Shown here: piece by piece, positions 1 through 12,137 of the stretch | Layout of the letters: every line of letters begins with the position of its first letter | Numbering within the stretch: the stretch's first letter is position 1 | Assembly: GCF_009914755.1 (NCBI RefSeq) | Contig: NC_060930.1 | From: the human T2T-CHM13v2.0 reference genome, Homo sapiens | Length of the DNA stretch: 64,000 nucleotides | Strand: one strand, 5' to 3' | Made by a program: the position numbers and the translations under genes | The notes under the pieces: generated by a model | The model's database searches: none | Seen by the model: the letters and a program-made list of their open reading frames with translations, nothing else | What the model was told of the DNA's origin: nothing

Positions 1-104
1 TATTTGAAGACAAGAGAACAATGGAAAAATATCTGCAGTTGAACTCACAACATATTCCCCCAAACCAATTCCTCTTTTCTTTCTTTCCAGTAATATCCTC
101 CCTT

Positions 105-314
105 CTTGCCAGCTAGCTGTGAGACCCTGGACAGTTTTCCTAACCTTTCTTTTCTAGGCTTTATTATGTGTAAAATAGGGATTACTGTACTGACCTCATA
201 GGGTTGCTATGAGGATTAAATGATATCAACTAAAGAACATACACGACATAGAAGGGCTTATAACAGCCTCTGGCACACAGTAAACACTCAGTAAGCCTGA
301 GCTGTTATCATCAT
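105..314 (+). mobile_element. MIR SINE
   Basis: MIR core and 3' end: gctgtgagaccctgg...tgtaaaataggg...acctcatagggttgctatgaggattaaatga...ctggcacacagtaaacactcagtaa. Confidence 0.85.
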
Positions 315-789
315 TCTCCCAGTCCCTCGGGCCTGTAAACTAACACCGCCTTCTTCACCTCCACTGCAAACCTTGGCCCAGTCCAGCCCCGCAAGAATTT
401 CACAGTGGTGCTGGGAACACATTGCTTCTCCCTATTCTCATCGTTACACTCCATCTGGTCAGCATCATGCCTGGCATACACTGGTCTCTTGGCCTCCAGT
501 TTCTTCCCTTCCCATCCAACTCTCATGGCTGCACAAGGAATCCTTTCTAAACACAACCTACACAGCCTGTCTTTCCTCAACGGATGCACCTTCCACCACT
601 TCCTATGACCTGCGAATTTACCTGTCGAGTCATGTTAGCCTGGCACTCAAGCTCACCCCAGCTTTTCGACATTATCCTATCAAATGCTGTAACGCCCAGA
701 GGCCTGTCCGGCCTCTGAGCCTCTAGGCAGGCCATCCCTCCTCTGGTAGGAGGCCTGGCCATTGTCAAGGGCAGGGGCTCTTTACCTTT

Positions 790-1190
790 TGTGCTATGGC
801 AGTCTAAAGACATCTTTCTCAGAATGATGTTTACAAATGCTTGAAACTAATACATGAAATGCACAGGAGTCAAACAGAGTATACTCTTATACAGTTATCA
901 AAATATTTGACAAAATTGTTATGAACATCTTTCAATACTTAAATAATTTCCAACAAGTCTAATATACTGTAATTTTGAAGTACTATTAGGCATAAATGAT
1001 ACTTCAGAATATCTATAACTATGAAAATATTCATAATTTCTATTAAGGACAAATAGCTAATGCTACTTTCATAATATTAGGAAATGTACGATTTCAGATA
1101 AGGGTTAGAGACAATGATGAGATCATGTTTTTCCCCATCCAACTTCATCGGCCCCCTGAATTACATGCATGGACCCAGCTTTCAGGCCTA
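790..1190. mobile_element. hAT-Charlie-type DNA transposon remnant (subfamily uncertain)
   Basis: Charlie-like motifs tacagttatcaaaatatt and terminal ttttccccatccaacttcatcggccccctgaatt...catggaccc; recalled similarity only. Confidence 0.55.
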
Positions 1191-2784
1191 GCTTCATTCT
1201 CATTGACTTTTCCACCTTGATTTTCCCAAAGCAGTATTATCTTATGCCTCTTTATTTTTCTCTTTTTAAAAGTACTTTATTTGATATAGGTACTTTAAAT
1301 AAATGTACTACTTTTAAAGTCAGCCTTTTAAGTTGTCAGGGAAGGTCCTATCTTCTTCCCTATTTTAAAACTCCTTCCACAGTTAATAATGCCTCGCCTT
1401 ATCACAGCACAGCAGGGAGGCGCTCATCAGGACTGCTGAGTCCATCCACGGGTAATGGTGCAATCTGCTTGTCCTACATGAGCTCAGGTAATCATTAATA
1501 TTATCTCATTGCTCCTTCGCAGCCTATGAGGTCCTAAACATGTAGATGGGACACCTAAGCATTCTATATTTAGACTATAAATTACTGAAGTTAGGCAACA
1601 CAATGTTGTCTTGTTTAATACTTCTCTTTTGAGAGTGAGTGATTAGTCCATGCTGTTGACTGACAGATCACCTGGGAACAGACTAGCTGTTCAATCATTC
1701 TGTCAATATAGAGGGCGCCTGTGTGACACAAGCATAATGCCTGCCTTCCTGGGGCTTCAAGTCTAGCAGCTTTCCCCAGCTAGCCCAGAGTAGCAGATAC
1801 TCTCTCAACCTTTCAGGTCCTTTGAATAGACAAGACACAACTTGTGATTTCCTAAGTATGGGCACTTTGGTGATCCATGCTGGTGAGGCCAGGTACAGTT
1901 GCTCTGGCCTCTACAAGAGACCACACCAAGCTCCAGCTTCCCATCAGTCTCACAGATGTGAACCGGTGGTTCTGAGGCAGGTGGGACAAATAGACTGAGC
2001 AGTGAAATTCCATGTCCCCTCCTGGGTGATGTTGTCTTTGCACATGAGGTCCAGGACAGCAACTACCACAGTGACTATCTTGGGAAGGTCTACTCAGTGC
2101 TTGTCCACATACTTCATGCTAAGCACGCTGAGCCTGTGATTGTCCAGCCTCAGCGTGGACACTGGTCCCTCCATCTTATCAGCCTTTTTCCTGAACAGCT
2201 GCAGCTCAGGAATCCTGTGTATCTTTTGTCAAGCACAACAAAATAACAGAACAGTTCTTCCTTTTCAAACGAATAGAGCATAATGACTTTCTCCACTGAA
2301 AACCACTTATAAGGGCATTGTGACCATTTGCTTTGGCAGAAATTCACCATTGGCAGCATTTTTCATACCCAATATCATGACAAGTGACTCTTAGGACAAG
2401 TGGGGGTGTACTCTCCCTCCCCAATAACCATGACTGATGAGATTTCCACTCACAGAACAAAGGCTGGATTTGGCACACTCTTTTTATACTTAAGGCTATT
2501 TCAATCCATTTCATTTGAGTTTGTTCTTTTTGAGACACACCAGATATATGGTATTCATTACCAATAAAAATAGCTGAATGATAACAAAACGGGTGGCATG
2601 ACTGTTTAATCTTTTGTTTCAAGAGCTGCAACGCCTGCATCACCATAAATGAATGAAATTTTCGTGAGTGCTCCCACGTAACAATTCTGCTTTTAATACA
2701 TATCACAGACTATTGTATGACTCCCGGTATAAAGTTAAAATGCTAATTACACACTGAAAACAAGCATCTCTAATATAGTTCTCA

Positions 2785-3420
2785 TCTGCATGTGGTCATT
2801 CCCTCTTTCTTCTTCCCAAAAGAGCCCCCATATTTCTGCACCCACAGTGCTCATGGGCACATGGCAGCACGCCCAGCTGGGAGTGGGGGCGGGACAGTCC
2901 AAGGTTTTGCAGTGTGCTGACCTGCAACATTCGCATCAACCAGGAGCTTGTAAGAGCTGTCAGCTGAGGCCTCACCCAAGCCAACTGAATCAGAATTGAT
3001 TTTGAAAGTTTCCCCAGGTGATCTGTGTGCACACTGAAGTTTGAGAAGCATCGATCCAAGAGATACCCATTCCTACTGCCAGTGATTGGTTTAAGAATAA
3101 GCATGTGGCCCAATTTAAGCCAATGAGATGTGAAGAATGTTTTTCTGGGAGCTTCTACTCACTCCTTTGGGAGAAGCTCCCTCCTTCTGAATGTAGTGTG
3201 GAATGCGCCACCTAGAACTTCCACAGCTATTTTGTTTCAGTATAAGGATAAAGCTGGTCCAGAGACAGAACAAACACAGGGAAGCAGAGTGTAGGTTACT
3301 GCATTAGGTTGGCGTTGAAGTCTGTGGCATCTCTGTATTTCCAAGAAATGTCTTCTTGTTTAGGACTCCTTGACTTGGGTTTTCAATTACCTGCAGCTGG
3401 AAAACATCCTGACTAATCAG
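2785..3420 (+). mobile_element. LTR16-like ERVL solo LTR, interrupted by MER5
   Basis: gccagtgattggtttaagaataagcatgtggcccaatttaagccaatgagatgtga, and 3' end ttgggttttcaattacctgcagctggaaaacatcctgactaatca, both typical of LTR16. Confidence 0.7.
2950..3055. mobile_element. MER5 (hAT-Charlie) fragment
   Basis: ccaactgaatcagaat...ccccaggtgatctgtgtgcacactgaagtttgagaagcatcg matches the MER5 terminus. Confidence 0.7.
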
Positions 3421-4389
3421 TCTCCAACAAAGCATTATAAAAAGAACAGAATGCCAAGGCCCTGGGCTCAATCATATGAGGGACAAGGCAGTAGGTCCAG
3501 AGATCAAAGCCATAGTTGAGAAACTCGTTTTGCTCAGGGAACTGACCCCATAGTATTTCCAGTCCTGATAACCATGGTACATTTGCACATTTCCAACAGC
3601 TTTCTAAATCAGCCAGTCTAAACGATCAACTGGAGGAAATGCTGAACACTTTCCAAATTATTTTAACCAGGATGGTCAACAGTTGCCCTCCCCAGAAGCC
3701 ACACTGATATGTCATTTCCTGCAAAGACAATGGGAGACTAATTGCTCAGCTTCAGACTCTAACAGGGAAGACAACCTGTGATATGTAATTACTGAAGGGT
3801 AAAAAAGGAAAAGCTTGAGGCTCTCCAAATCTGTTTCTGGATCTGCTCCAATTACTTGGGGAAAAGGAAAAAAAATAAAAGAGCCAGCTGGTCTGGGAAA
3901 AGATTTGAGGGACTGGCAGTTCACTTGGGAAGCCACCCATACGTATTTTATACGTATCACTGGTACTTATTAAAGACCTTTCTGAGGAAACCAAATAGAC
4001 CAGCTATTATACAAAATCATACGTGGCTTTGGTCTAATTCTGCTTCACACATAGAAGTGACAGAGTCAAGGAGAAATGGATGTCTAAATGGACATTATCT
4101 CTTTGGTGTGTCCTAACTTCTTAGCCACAAGAGCATATTTCTGGGGTTAGGTTTGTTGTATTGACTTGATGAAGAAATGTGCTTTCTATCAAGGAGTGGA
4201 AGAACATTGATTGGTTCTCCACAGGATGTTCCCAGGTTCTGTCTCCTCAGAACTCGTTCTCTCTCAATACTGTTTTGCTATCTCTTTCCTGGTACATACA
4301 ATTCCACTGTCCCAACTGTCATCCCATGGGATAAGTTTCACACTACATCTCTAGATCTATCTCCCATGTTCCCAGCTCCTCTGCCACCC

Positions 4390-4503
4390 CCTACAGATAG
4401 TGCCTTGAGGGCACGAATTTTGTTTTGGTTACTGTTATTTTCCCAGTGCTTAGCACAGTAGCTGGCACTGAATATGAAATGTTTGTTGAATGAATAAATG
4501 AAA
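4390..4503 (+). mobile_element. L2 LINE 3' end
   Basis: ccttgagggca...cccagtgcttagcacagtagctggcac...aaatgtttgttgaatgaataaatgaa. Confidence 0.7.
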
Positions 4504-4741
4504 GGCTTCACTCAGACTCACAGAAGTTCTTGCCATCACCACCTCTCTCTGACTCTGGCCTCTCTTTTCCCCGCTTCCCAACACACACAAACTCTGGTTA
4601 CAGCACTTCTCATGTCACTCCCAGACTGTCTCAGCTGGGAAGGATTTAGCAGCCCAACCCTATGCTTTACAGGGAGAAAACGGGTCCATCAAGGCCAAGA
4701 GACTTGCCCAAGTTCTTATTAGTGGGTGGCAAAGACAGGAA

Positions 4742-5138
4742 TTTTTTTTCTTTTTTTCTTTTTTTTTTATTACTATACTTTAAGTTCTAGGGTACATGTA
4801 CACAACGTGAAGGTTTGTTACATATGTACACATGTGTCATGTTGGTGTGCCGCACCCATTAACTCGTCATTTACATAGGTATATCTCCTAATGCTATCCC
4901 TCCTCCCTCCCCCGACCCCACGACAGGCCCCAGTGTGTGATGTTCCCCTTCCTGTGTCCAGGTGTTCTCACTGTTCAATTCCCACCTGTAAGTAAGAACA
5001 TGTGGTGTTTGGTTTTCTGTCCTTGCAATAGTTTGCTGAGAATGATGGTTTCCAGCTTCATCCATGTCCCTACAAAGGACATGAACTCATTCTTTTTTTA
5101 TGGCTGCATAGTATTCCATAGTGTATACGTGCCACATT
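4742..5138 (-). mobile_element. L1PA (L1PA4/5-like) ~400-bp 3' end fragment
   Basis: poly(T) then tatactttaagttctagggtacatg... (antisense L1 3' UTR), ending at gtgccacatt. Confidence 0.95.
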
Positions 5139-6597
5139 CTTTTATTTTAAATTATTTTTTTATTATACTTTAAGTTCTAGGGTACATGTGCACAACGTGC
5201 AGGTTTGTTACATATGTATACATGCGCCATGTTGGTGTGCTGCACCCATTTACTTGTCATTTACATTAGGTATATCTCCCAATGCTATCCCTCTCTCCTC
5301 CCCACAACCCATGACAGGCCCTGGTGTGTGATGTTCCCCTTCCTGTGTCCAAGTTTTTTCATTGTTCAATTCCCACCTATGAGTGAGAACATGCGGTGTT
5401 TGGTTTTTTGTCCTTGTGATAGTTTGCTGAGAATGATGGTTTCCAGCTTCATCCATGTCCCTACAAAGGACATGAACTCATCCTTTTTTATGGCTGCATA
5501 GTATTCCATGGTGTATATGTGCCACATTTTCTTCATCCAGTCTATCATTGATGGACATTTGGGTTGGTTCCAACTCTTTGCTATTGTGAATAGTGCCGCA
5601 ATATGTGTGCATGTATCTTTATAGCAGCATGATTTATAATCCTTTGGGTATACACCCAGTATATACCCAGTAATGGGATTGCTGGGTCAAATGGTATTTC
5701 TAGTTCTAGATCCTTGAGGAATCGCCACACTGTCTTTCACAATGGTTGAACCAGTTTATAGTCCTACCAACAGTGTAAAAGTGTTCCTATTTCTCCACAT
5801 CCTCTCCAGCACCTGTTCTTTCCTGACTTTTTAATGATCGCCATTCTAACTGGTGTGAGATGGTATCTCATTGTGGTTTTGATTTGCATTTCTCTGATGG
5901 CCAGTGATGATGAGCATTTTTTCATGTGTCTGTTGGCTGCAGAAATGTCTTCTTTTGAGAAGTGTCTGTTCATATCCTTTGCCCACTTGTTGATGGGGTT
6001 GTTTGATTTTTTCTTGTAAATTTATTTGAGTTCTTTGTAGATTCTGGATATTAGCCCTTTGTCAGATGAGTAGATTGCAAAAATTTTCTCCCATTCTGTA
6101 GGTTGCCTGTTCGCTCTGATGGTAGTTTCTTTTGCTGTGCAGAAGCTCTTTAGTTTAATTAGATCCCATTTGTCAATTTTGGCTTTTGTTGCCATTGCTT
6201 TTGGTGTTTTAGACATGAAGTCCTCGCTCATGCCTATGTCCTGAATGGTATTGCCTAGGTTTTCTTCTAGGGTTTTTATGGTTTTAGATCTAACATGTAA
6301 GTCTTTAATTCATCTTGAATTAATTTTTCTGTAAGGTGTTAGGAAGGGATCCAGTTTCAGCTTTCTACGTATGGCTAGCCAGTTTTCCCAGCACCATTTA
6401 TTAAATAGGGAATCCTTTCCCCATTTCTTGTTTCTGTCAGGTTTTTCAAAGATCAGATGGTTGTAGATGTGTCGTATTATTTCTGAGGGCTCTGTTGTGT
6501 TCCATTGGTCTATATCTCTGTTTTGGTACCAGTACCATGCTGTTTTGGTTACTTAGCCTTGTAGTATAGTTTGAAGTCAGGTAGCGTGATGCCTCCA
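5139..6597 (-). mobile_element. L1PA (L1PA4/5-like), 5'-truncated, ~1.45 kb (ORF2 C-terminus + 3' UTR)
   Basis: ORF fragments [42 protein letters not shown]..., KKMWHIYTMEYYAAIK are L1 ORF2p; 13-bp TSD ggcaaagacagga at 4728-4740 and 6598-6610. Confidence 0.97.
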
Positions 6598-6974
6598 GGC
6601 AAAGACAGGATTTTAACTCAAGACCCAGCACCCCTGCTACCAGGCAACTGACCAGTTCAAAAATCTTCAACGGTCTTTCAGTACAACCTTGTACAGGGCC
6701 TGGTATGCAGTAGGCATTTAATATCTGTTGAGTGACTGACTGAATAAATTAATGGGTCTCACGCATATGCCAATGGGTTTTAGTTTTTCTCAAAGTGGAA
6801 CACTCCTCAAAAGACAGACAATATCCTTGTATATAAAATGAAGATGAGAGGAGCTACTCTCTCCTCTATAACTGGGGGAGCAGCTGGCACACCAGACTTC
6901 TTCCCCTGCAGTGCCTAAGCCAGCTCCCAGGAAACTCAGGGCTTGGTGACACTGCTAGAAAGACCAATGACTTC

Positions 6975-7425
6975 CACAAACTTTTCAGCTTTGCACTCAA
7001 AGCCATCCACCATCATTCCAAACCCACCACATCAGCCGTATCTTTCATTTTTTCCTCCTCCCTCATGCCTTGCCTTCTCAGAGCACTTGCTGTTCTCACT
7101 TGTCCCTCCTCGGAGCCTTCACCTGTCCTATTTCCTCTCTTATTGTGCCCTCATCTCCACCTGCAAGAATACAGAACCAACCTGTCCCTCAAGCCAGCTC
7201 TCGTATAAATCCCTCCCTGAAGTTCTTGCCCAGTTCCCCCACTAGAATTAGTCTTACTCTCTATATACCTCTACTGTACAACTTTTCACGCTATCTGCTG
7301 CAAGGAAAATGGCCAGGTCCTTGAGGGCAAGAATGCAGGCTAAATGTATCTTCGAACCATTGGCACCTTGTCTGACCCAATGCCTTGCACAGAGGAGACA
7401 GTTCTAGTCATTCTGTTGCATTCAA
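6975..7425 (+). mobile_element. L2 LINE fragment
   Basis: Pyrimidine-rich L2 3' region ending ccttgagggcaagaa...tcttcgaaccattggcacc...tgccttgcacagag; a further L2 tail lies at ~6680-6752. Confidence 0.55.
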
Positions 7426-9180
7426 AGGGCTTCATCCTTTTTCGTTCACCTCTGTGACCAAATTACATACATTTTGTAGCTGAGATTCCAATTCTTCCTC
7501 TAGCATGTATAGACTGATGATACAGCTAACACACACTTGCAGGGCCCACTTGCTAAGGAACTGCTGTGTGAGTCTTTGTTGAGTCTCATTTTCGAAAGCA
7601 AAGAATGGGGGTGAGGGGAGACAGGGAGCATGAATTCCACTCCCCTCCAAAGCTCTCTGTGCCCATGGCTATCCTGTGCAACATGAGGTACAAGCTGGGA
7701 AGCTTGTGCACAAAAATAACTGTCAATTTAAAATATAGTATAGTCCTACAACCTGCCATGCTACAATATTCTCTGCAAGCCCAAACTTGATTGTCTGAAA
7801 AATTAGAGTTCCAAATGGTGAAATAAACCATTAAACAAGGAAGCATACAAACAAAGCCCAATTGCCAGGGAGGAGGATGGGAACTAGAAAATACAGGGTT
7901 TCCTAGGAAACTGAGCTTACTTTTGACTGACTGTGGCCTTCCCTTTCACTGGATATAGTGGGTGGGAGGGAGGTGGGAGGGGTGCTCTGAGAAGGCAACA
8001 CTGACCCATCTGCTTCCCCTGCCTGCAGGGGCTAGAGTCCTTCTGGCTACACTCCAACAGGAGGGCAGACTCAAGCAAGGTTGTGGTTGTTGTTTTATTA
8101 TTTGCTTGAGTGGGAGTAAACAGCAGAGAGAGAAGAGGAGGAGGAGGAGGAGAGATGAATAGAAAAAGAGATAAGCATGGAAGGTGCTCAGCCAGCAGAA
8201 AGGAATTAATGACCACAGAATGAGGGGGCAGGAAGGTCACAAGCTGGCTGCTCCCTTCTCATTGGCTATTGCCAGGTCTAGAGGGGATCAGAGGCTCACT
8301 GTTGAGCAAGGCACCAATATAAGCTCATGCTCAGCTGCCCTAGAGGCCAGGTGTAGGGGTCCCAGCATCCATGGCTCTGAAGCTGGACTGGAGAGATAAA
8401 GATTTGGGGCTCATTGGCACACATGGGTGGGCAGAGTCATGCAAATGGATGACTGGATGGGTGGGGGTAGGGCTTTAGCTCCCCATCTCCAATCCCCATC
8501 AACCCCCAGGCAATAGTAGTAGTAGCAGCAGTAGTACTGATATCATTTCATATTATTATTACTATATTTCAACGTTAAGGCCATGAGTACCCAGTTTATT
8601 TGGGGAATAAATAAAAGAAACAAATGCCATTGGAATAATCAGTTGACTATCTGGAGGAAAAAACAACAATTCTGCTTCTATGAGACTCATGAGAATGAAG
8701 CATACAGTTATAATAATCATGTCTTTCTTTTCTTACTGGTAATGAGTCCCTGTCAGGTGATCACATCACATGTATCAGGAAAAAAAGAAAATAAAACAAA
8801 AACTCTGTTCTGTAGTGTACTTGAATTCTTCCGACTTGCCCTTTTAAATTAAGCTGTTCCTAAGATCTGCAATCCACAGTCTGAACAGAAACACTGCTTT
8901 GCTATGATGCAAGCGCAGCTGCTGGACACGTCTAGCTCTCTTCCAACCGGATTACTACTCCCAAGTCCCTCCAAGTAGACATTCTGGAGTGGCTCTGGGG
9001 AAGGCCCATGAAATACACACAGTATCACAATGCTGCCAAGATCAAAGTTAATAATGATGTGTGCAGAGCCCCTTGAGTTTAGGTTGGCTACAATATCAGA
9101 ATCCCAGAACCTTGGGGCTGAACGGAATGTTAAAGAATAACTAGTCTGATAGTTTTTAAGCTATTCTTTAGTATCAGAAC

Positions 9181-9199
9181 TGTGTGTGTGTGTGTGTGT
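9181..9199. repeat. (TG)n microsatellite
   Basis: Read directly. Confidence 0.95.
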
Positions 9200-9334
9200 C
9201 CATGCCAAATGTGTAACAATTATGCCAAAAGATATCCAGCTAGCACACCACATACCTGGAGAATCCATTATAATGGGAACCATTTTATTTCAAAAAAAAA
9301 TTCTTTTCTTGTTATTGGTAGTTCTGAACCTTAG

Positions 9335-9337
<3 letters not shown>
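9199..9337 (+). pseudogene. H3F3A: Histone H3.3 (H3F3A/H3-3A) pseudogene fragment: last codons plus start of 3' UTR
   Basis: Translates [21 protein letters not shown] versus H3 [21 protein letters not shown]. Continues into H3F3A-like 3' UTR (tccattataatgggaac...aaaaaaaaattc...tgttattggtagttctgaac.ttagata). Changes are mostly at CpGs; the stop codon was removed by a short deletion between agaa repeats. Confidence 0.9.

Positions 9338-9385
<48 letters not shown>
9337..9385. repeat. (CA)n microsatellite, ~24 units
   Basis: Read directly. Confidence 0.97.
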
Positions 9386-9386
<1 letters not shown>

Positions 9387-9904
9387 TCTGAAGGGCTCAA
9401 CTCCAAAATATTAGATAAAAGTGCAACAGAACAGCTCTGGTTCAAGAGGGAAAGGACTCAAACTCCTACCTCCATGGCCATCCTCCTGGCCTACCTGGTA
9501 CTTCTGGGTAACTCTAAAGTCCTAAGAACACTGAAAATCTCAGATCGAGTCTCCCACCCCTAACCAGTATCTGAGTCTTCTCTCACATCTCTTCCAGCCC
9601 ACGTGCACGTTCTCAATGTTGCAACACTGGAGACCAAGGGCATCTACCAGGGGTTCCCTACCAAGGACCTGTTTTATCCACCTGCGCCTCCCACATTTTG
9701 AATTATCTCACTAACATTGCATTTTAAAGTAATAATTGATTTATTTTCCCAGCTCTGATTTGGAGTCAGGGAGATCTTGATCTGAATCTCAGTTCTGCTA
9801 AGCTTGGTAAACTTGGAAAAATTCCTCAATAATGTGAAGTAGTAAGCCTGGTAGAAGCCTTCCTTCTCTCTCTTGGCTTTTTATTTCATCAACACAAATC
9901 TCCA

Positions 9905-12137
9905 TCAAAAGAATACCTAATACCTAGGAATAAGTCCAACAAAAGATATGTAAGACTTTATGCTGAAAATGACAAAACGTTATTGAGAGAAATTACAGAA
10001 GACCTATATAGAGGGTTGGGCCATGTACATGGGCTGGAAGTCCAATATTTTTATATGTCAATTCTCCTCGCAATTGCATCTTAACTGAACCACCAATTTT
10101 TTTTGTTTTTAAACTAGGTCTTTTTTTTCTGATGGAAATTGACAAGCAGATTCTAAAGTTTATAAGCAAATGCAAAGGGCCAAAAGCCAAGTTAATCCTG
10201 AACAAGAGGAACAGGGCTGGAAGACTTATTCTACCAGATACAAAGATTCACTATAGAGTAATAGTAAAAGTGTGACATTTGTGCAAGGCCAAACAGACCA
10301 AGAGAATAAAATAGAATGTCCAAAAATAGAGCTACACAGTCACCTAACTTATGCAAAGGTGACAATGAAGTAATAAATGTATAAAAGTATGCATAAATGT
10401 ATAAAAATAAAATATAAATGTATAAAAATAAAAGTAATAAATGCTGGGTTCACTGGGTAGTATAGATTGAACCGTGTCCCCCAAAAAGATATGAAGTTCT
10501 AACCCCCAAGTACCTCAGCATCTGACTTATTTGGAAATAGGGTTGTTGCAGATATGATTAGTTAAGATGAGTTATAGTGAATTAGTATGGACTCTGAATC
10601 CAGTGACTGTCCTTAAAGAAAGAAAAAAATCTACACAGAGACATGTGGGGAAGACGGCCATGTGGCCACAGAGACAGAGGTCAGAGCAATGCAGCTGCCA
10701 AGAAAGGAATGCCAAGGATTCCTGGCCACCACCAGAAGCTGGGAATAGGCAAGGAAGGACTCTTCCCTAGAGCCTTCATCAGAGAGACCATGACCCTGCT
10801 CACACCTCGATTTTGGACTCCTAGCCTCCAGAATCATGAGAGAATAAATTTCTGCTGTTTTAAGCCACCCATTTTGTGGCACATTGTTATAATAGCCTAG
10901 GAAATGAATACAATGGGTATCCGTATGAAAGAAATGAATCTTAACTTCCACCGTATACCATGCAAAAATTAATTCTGGATGAAGAATAGAACTAAATGTG
11001 AAAGGCAAAATAATAAAGCTCTTAGAAGAAAACATAGAGAACACCTTCATACCTTGTAATAGGTAAAGATGTTTCTTAAAAGAGAACACAAAAAGTGTTA
11101 ACCACGAAGGAAAATATAATTTGGACTATACTAAAATTAAAAATGTCTTCATCAAATGACATCAACAGAATCAAAGGGAAGCCACAGAGTGGAGAACATA
11201 ATTGCAATACATATATACAACAAATAACTCTAAAAATCAATAAGGAAAAGGCAGACAATCCAATAAAGAAATAGACAAATACTCGAGAGGACAAAACAGA
11301 AAATCCAAATGGCCAATAAACATATAAAAAGATGCTCTAATTCAGCCATCAAATAAAAGCAAATTAAAACCACAACGCATTACCAATACACCTACAGGAC
11401 TGGCTAAAATGATAAAGACTAAAACCATGAAGTGCTGGTAAGGATACAGAGCAACTGAAACTCTCATACATTGCTAGTGGGAGTGTCCACTGATAACTGG
11501 CAGTTTCCATTGAACACACACATCCTGTGATCCCAGATCCTGCCATCCAGAGCCTATCCTACAGAAATGCTACATATGCTTACCCACTGATATGCACAAG
11601 AATGATCCTACCAGTACTATCTCTAACAGCCCCAAACTCGAAATAACTCAAAAGGCCACTTACAAGAGAGGGGCTAAATACATCTTGATATGTTAAACAG
11701 TATTACACAGCAATGAAAATGAACAAACTACTACTTATAACAACATGGATGAATCTCCTAAATATAATGTTATTCTATTGACACAAGACAGTGCAAACTG
11801 GGGGACATCCAGGCTGTCCCCTAGTCTTGCGGCAGCTTGACCTCTGCCATCTGCTAGGTCCTCTCCTGCTTCTGGTCAATTTTATTTATATAAAGTTCAT
11901 AATAGATAAAACCAATCTTTCTTGTTAGAAGTCATGCTATCAGTTACCCTTGATGGAAACTGGGGTGTATTGGGACTGGATGGGGACCTGAGGGGACTCC
12001 TAGTGTTTAAGTGACATTCTTTTTCCACCTGGCCGCTGGTTACAAAGGAGAGTTCACTTTGTGAACATTCATTATCAGTGCACTTAAGAATTTGTGCACT
12101 TTTCTGCATGAATGCTACATTTCAATTAAAAAAAAAT
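9905..12137 (+). mobile_element. Old mammalian L1 (L1ME/L1MD-like), ORF2 3' part + 3' UTR, interrupted by MLT1C
   Basis: aatacctaggaataagtccaacaaaagatatgtaagac, aaagctcttagaagaaaacatagaga, caacatggatgaatctc; 3' end ttgtgcacttttctgcatg...ttcaattaaaaaaaaa. Confidence 0.88.
10458..10912 (+). mobile_element. MLT1C-like MaLR solo LTR
   Basis: gtgtcccccaaaaagatatg...ttatttggaaataggg...ccaccagaagctgg...aataaatttctgctgttttaagccacc...aataca; degenerate 5-bp TSD ctggg/atggg. Confidence 0.9.

Larger units (their letters stand above)
4630..6640 (-). mobile_element. MIR split by the L1PA insertion (pieces ~4630-4740 and ~6598-6640)
   Basis: tttacagggagaaaac...gacttgcccaagtt...gtggcaaagacagga continues after the L1 as ttttaactcaagaccc (antisense MIR core). 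Confidence 0.65.

Noticed and set aside
9186-9563. 125-aa ORF with a histone-like start and THTH repeat as a novel histone variant
   Set aside because: Only ~21 degenerate H3 codons; the rest is UTR, (CA)n and flank read-through.
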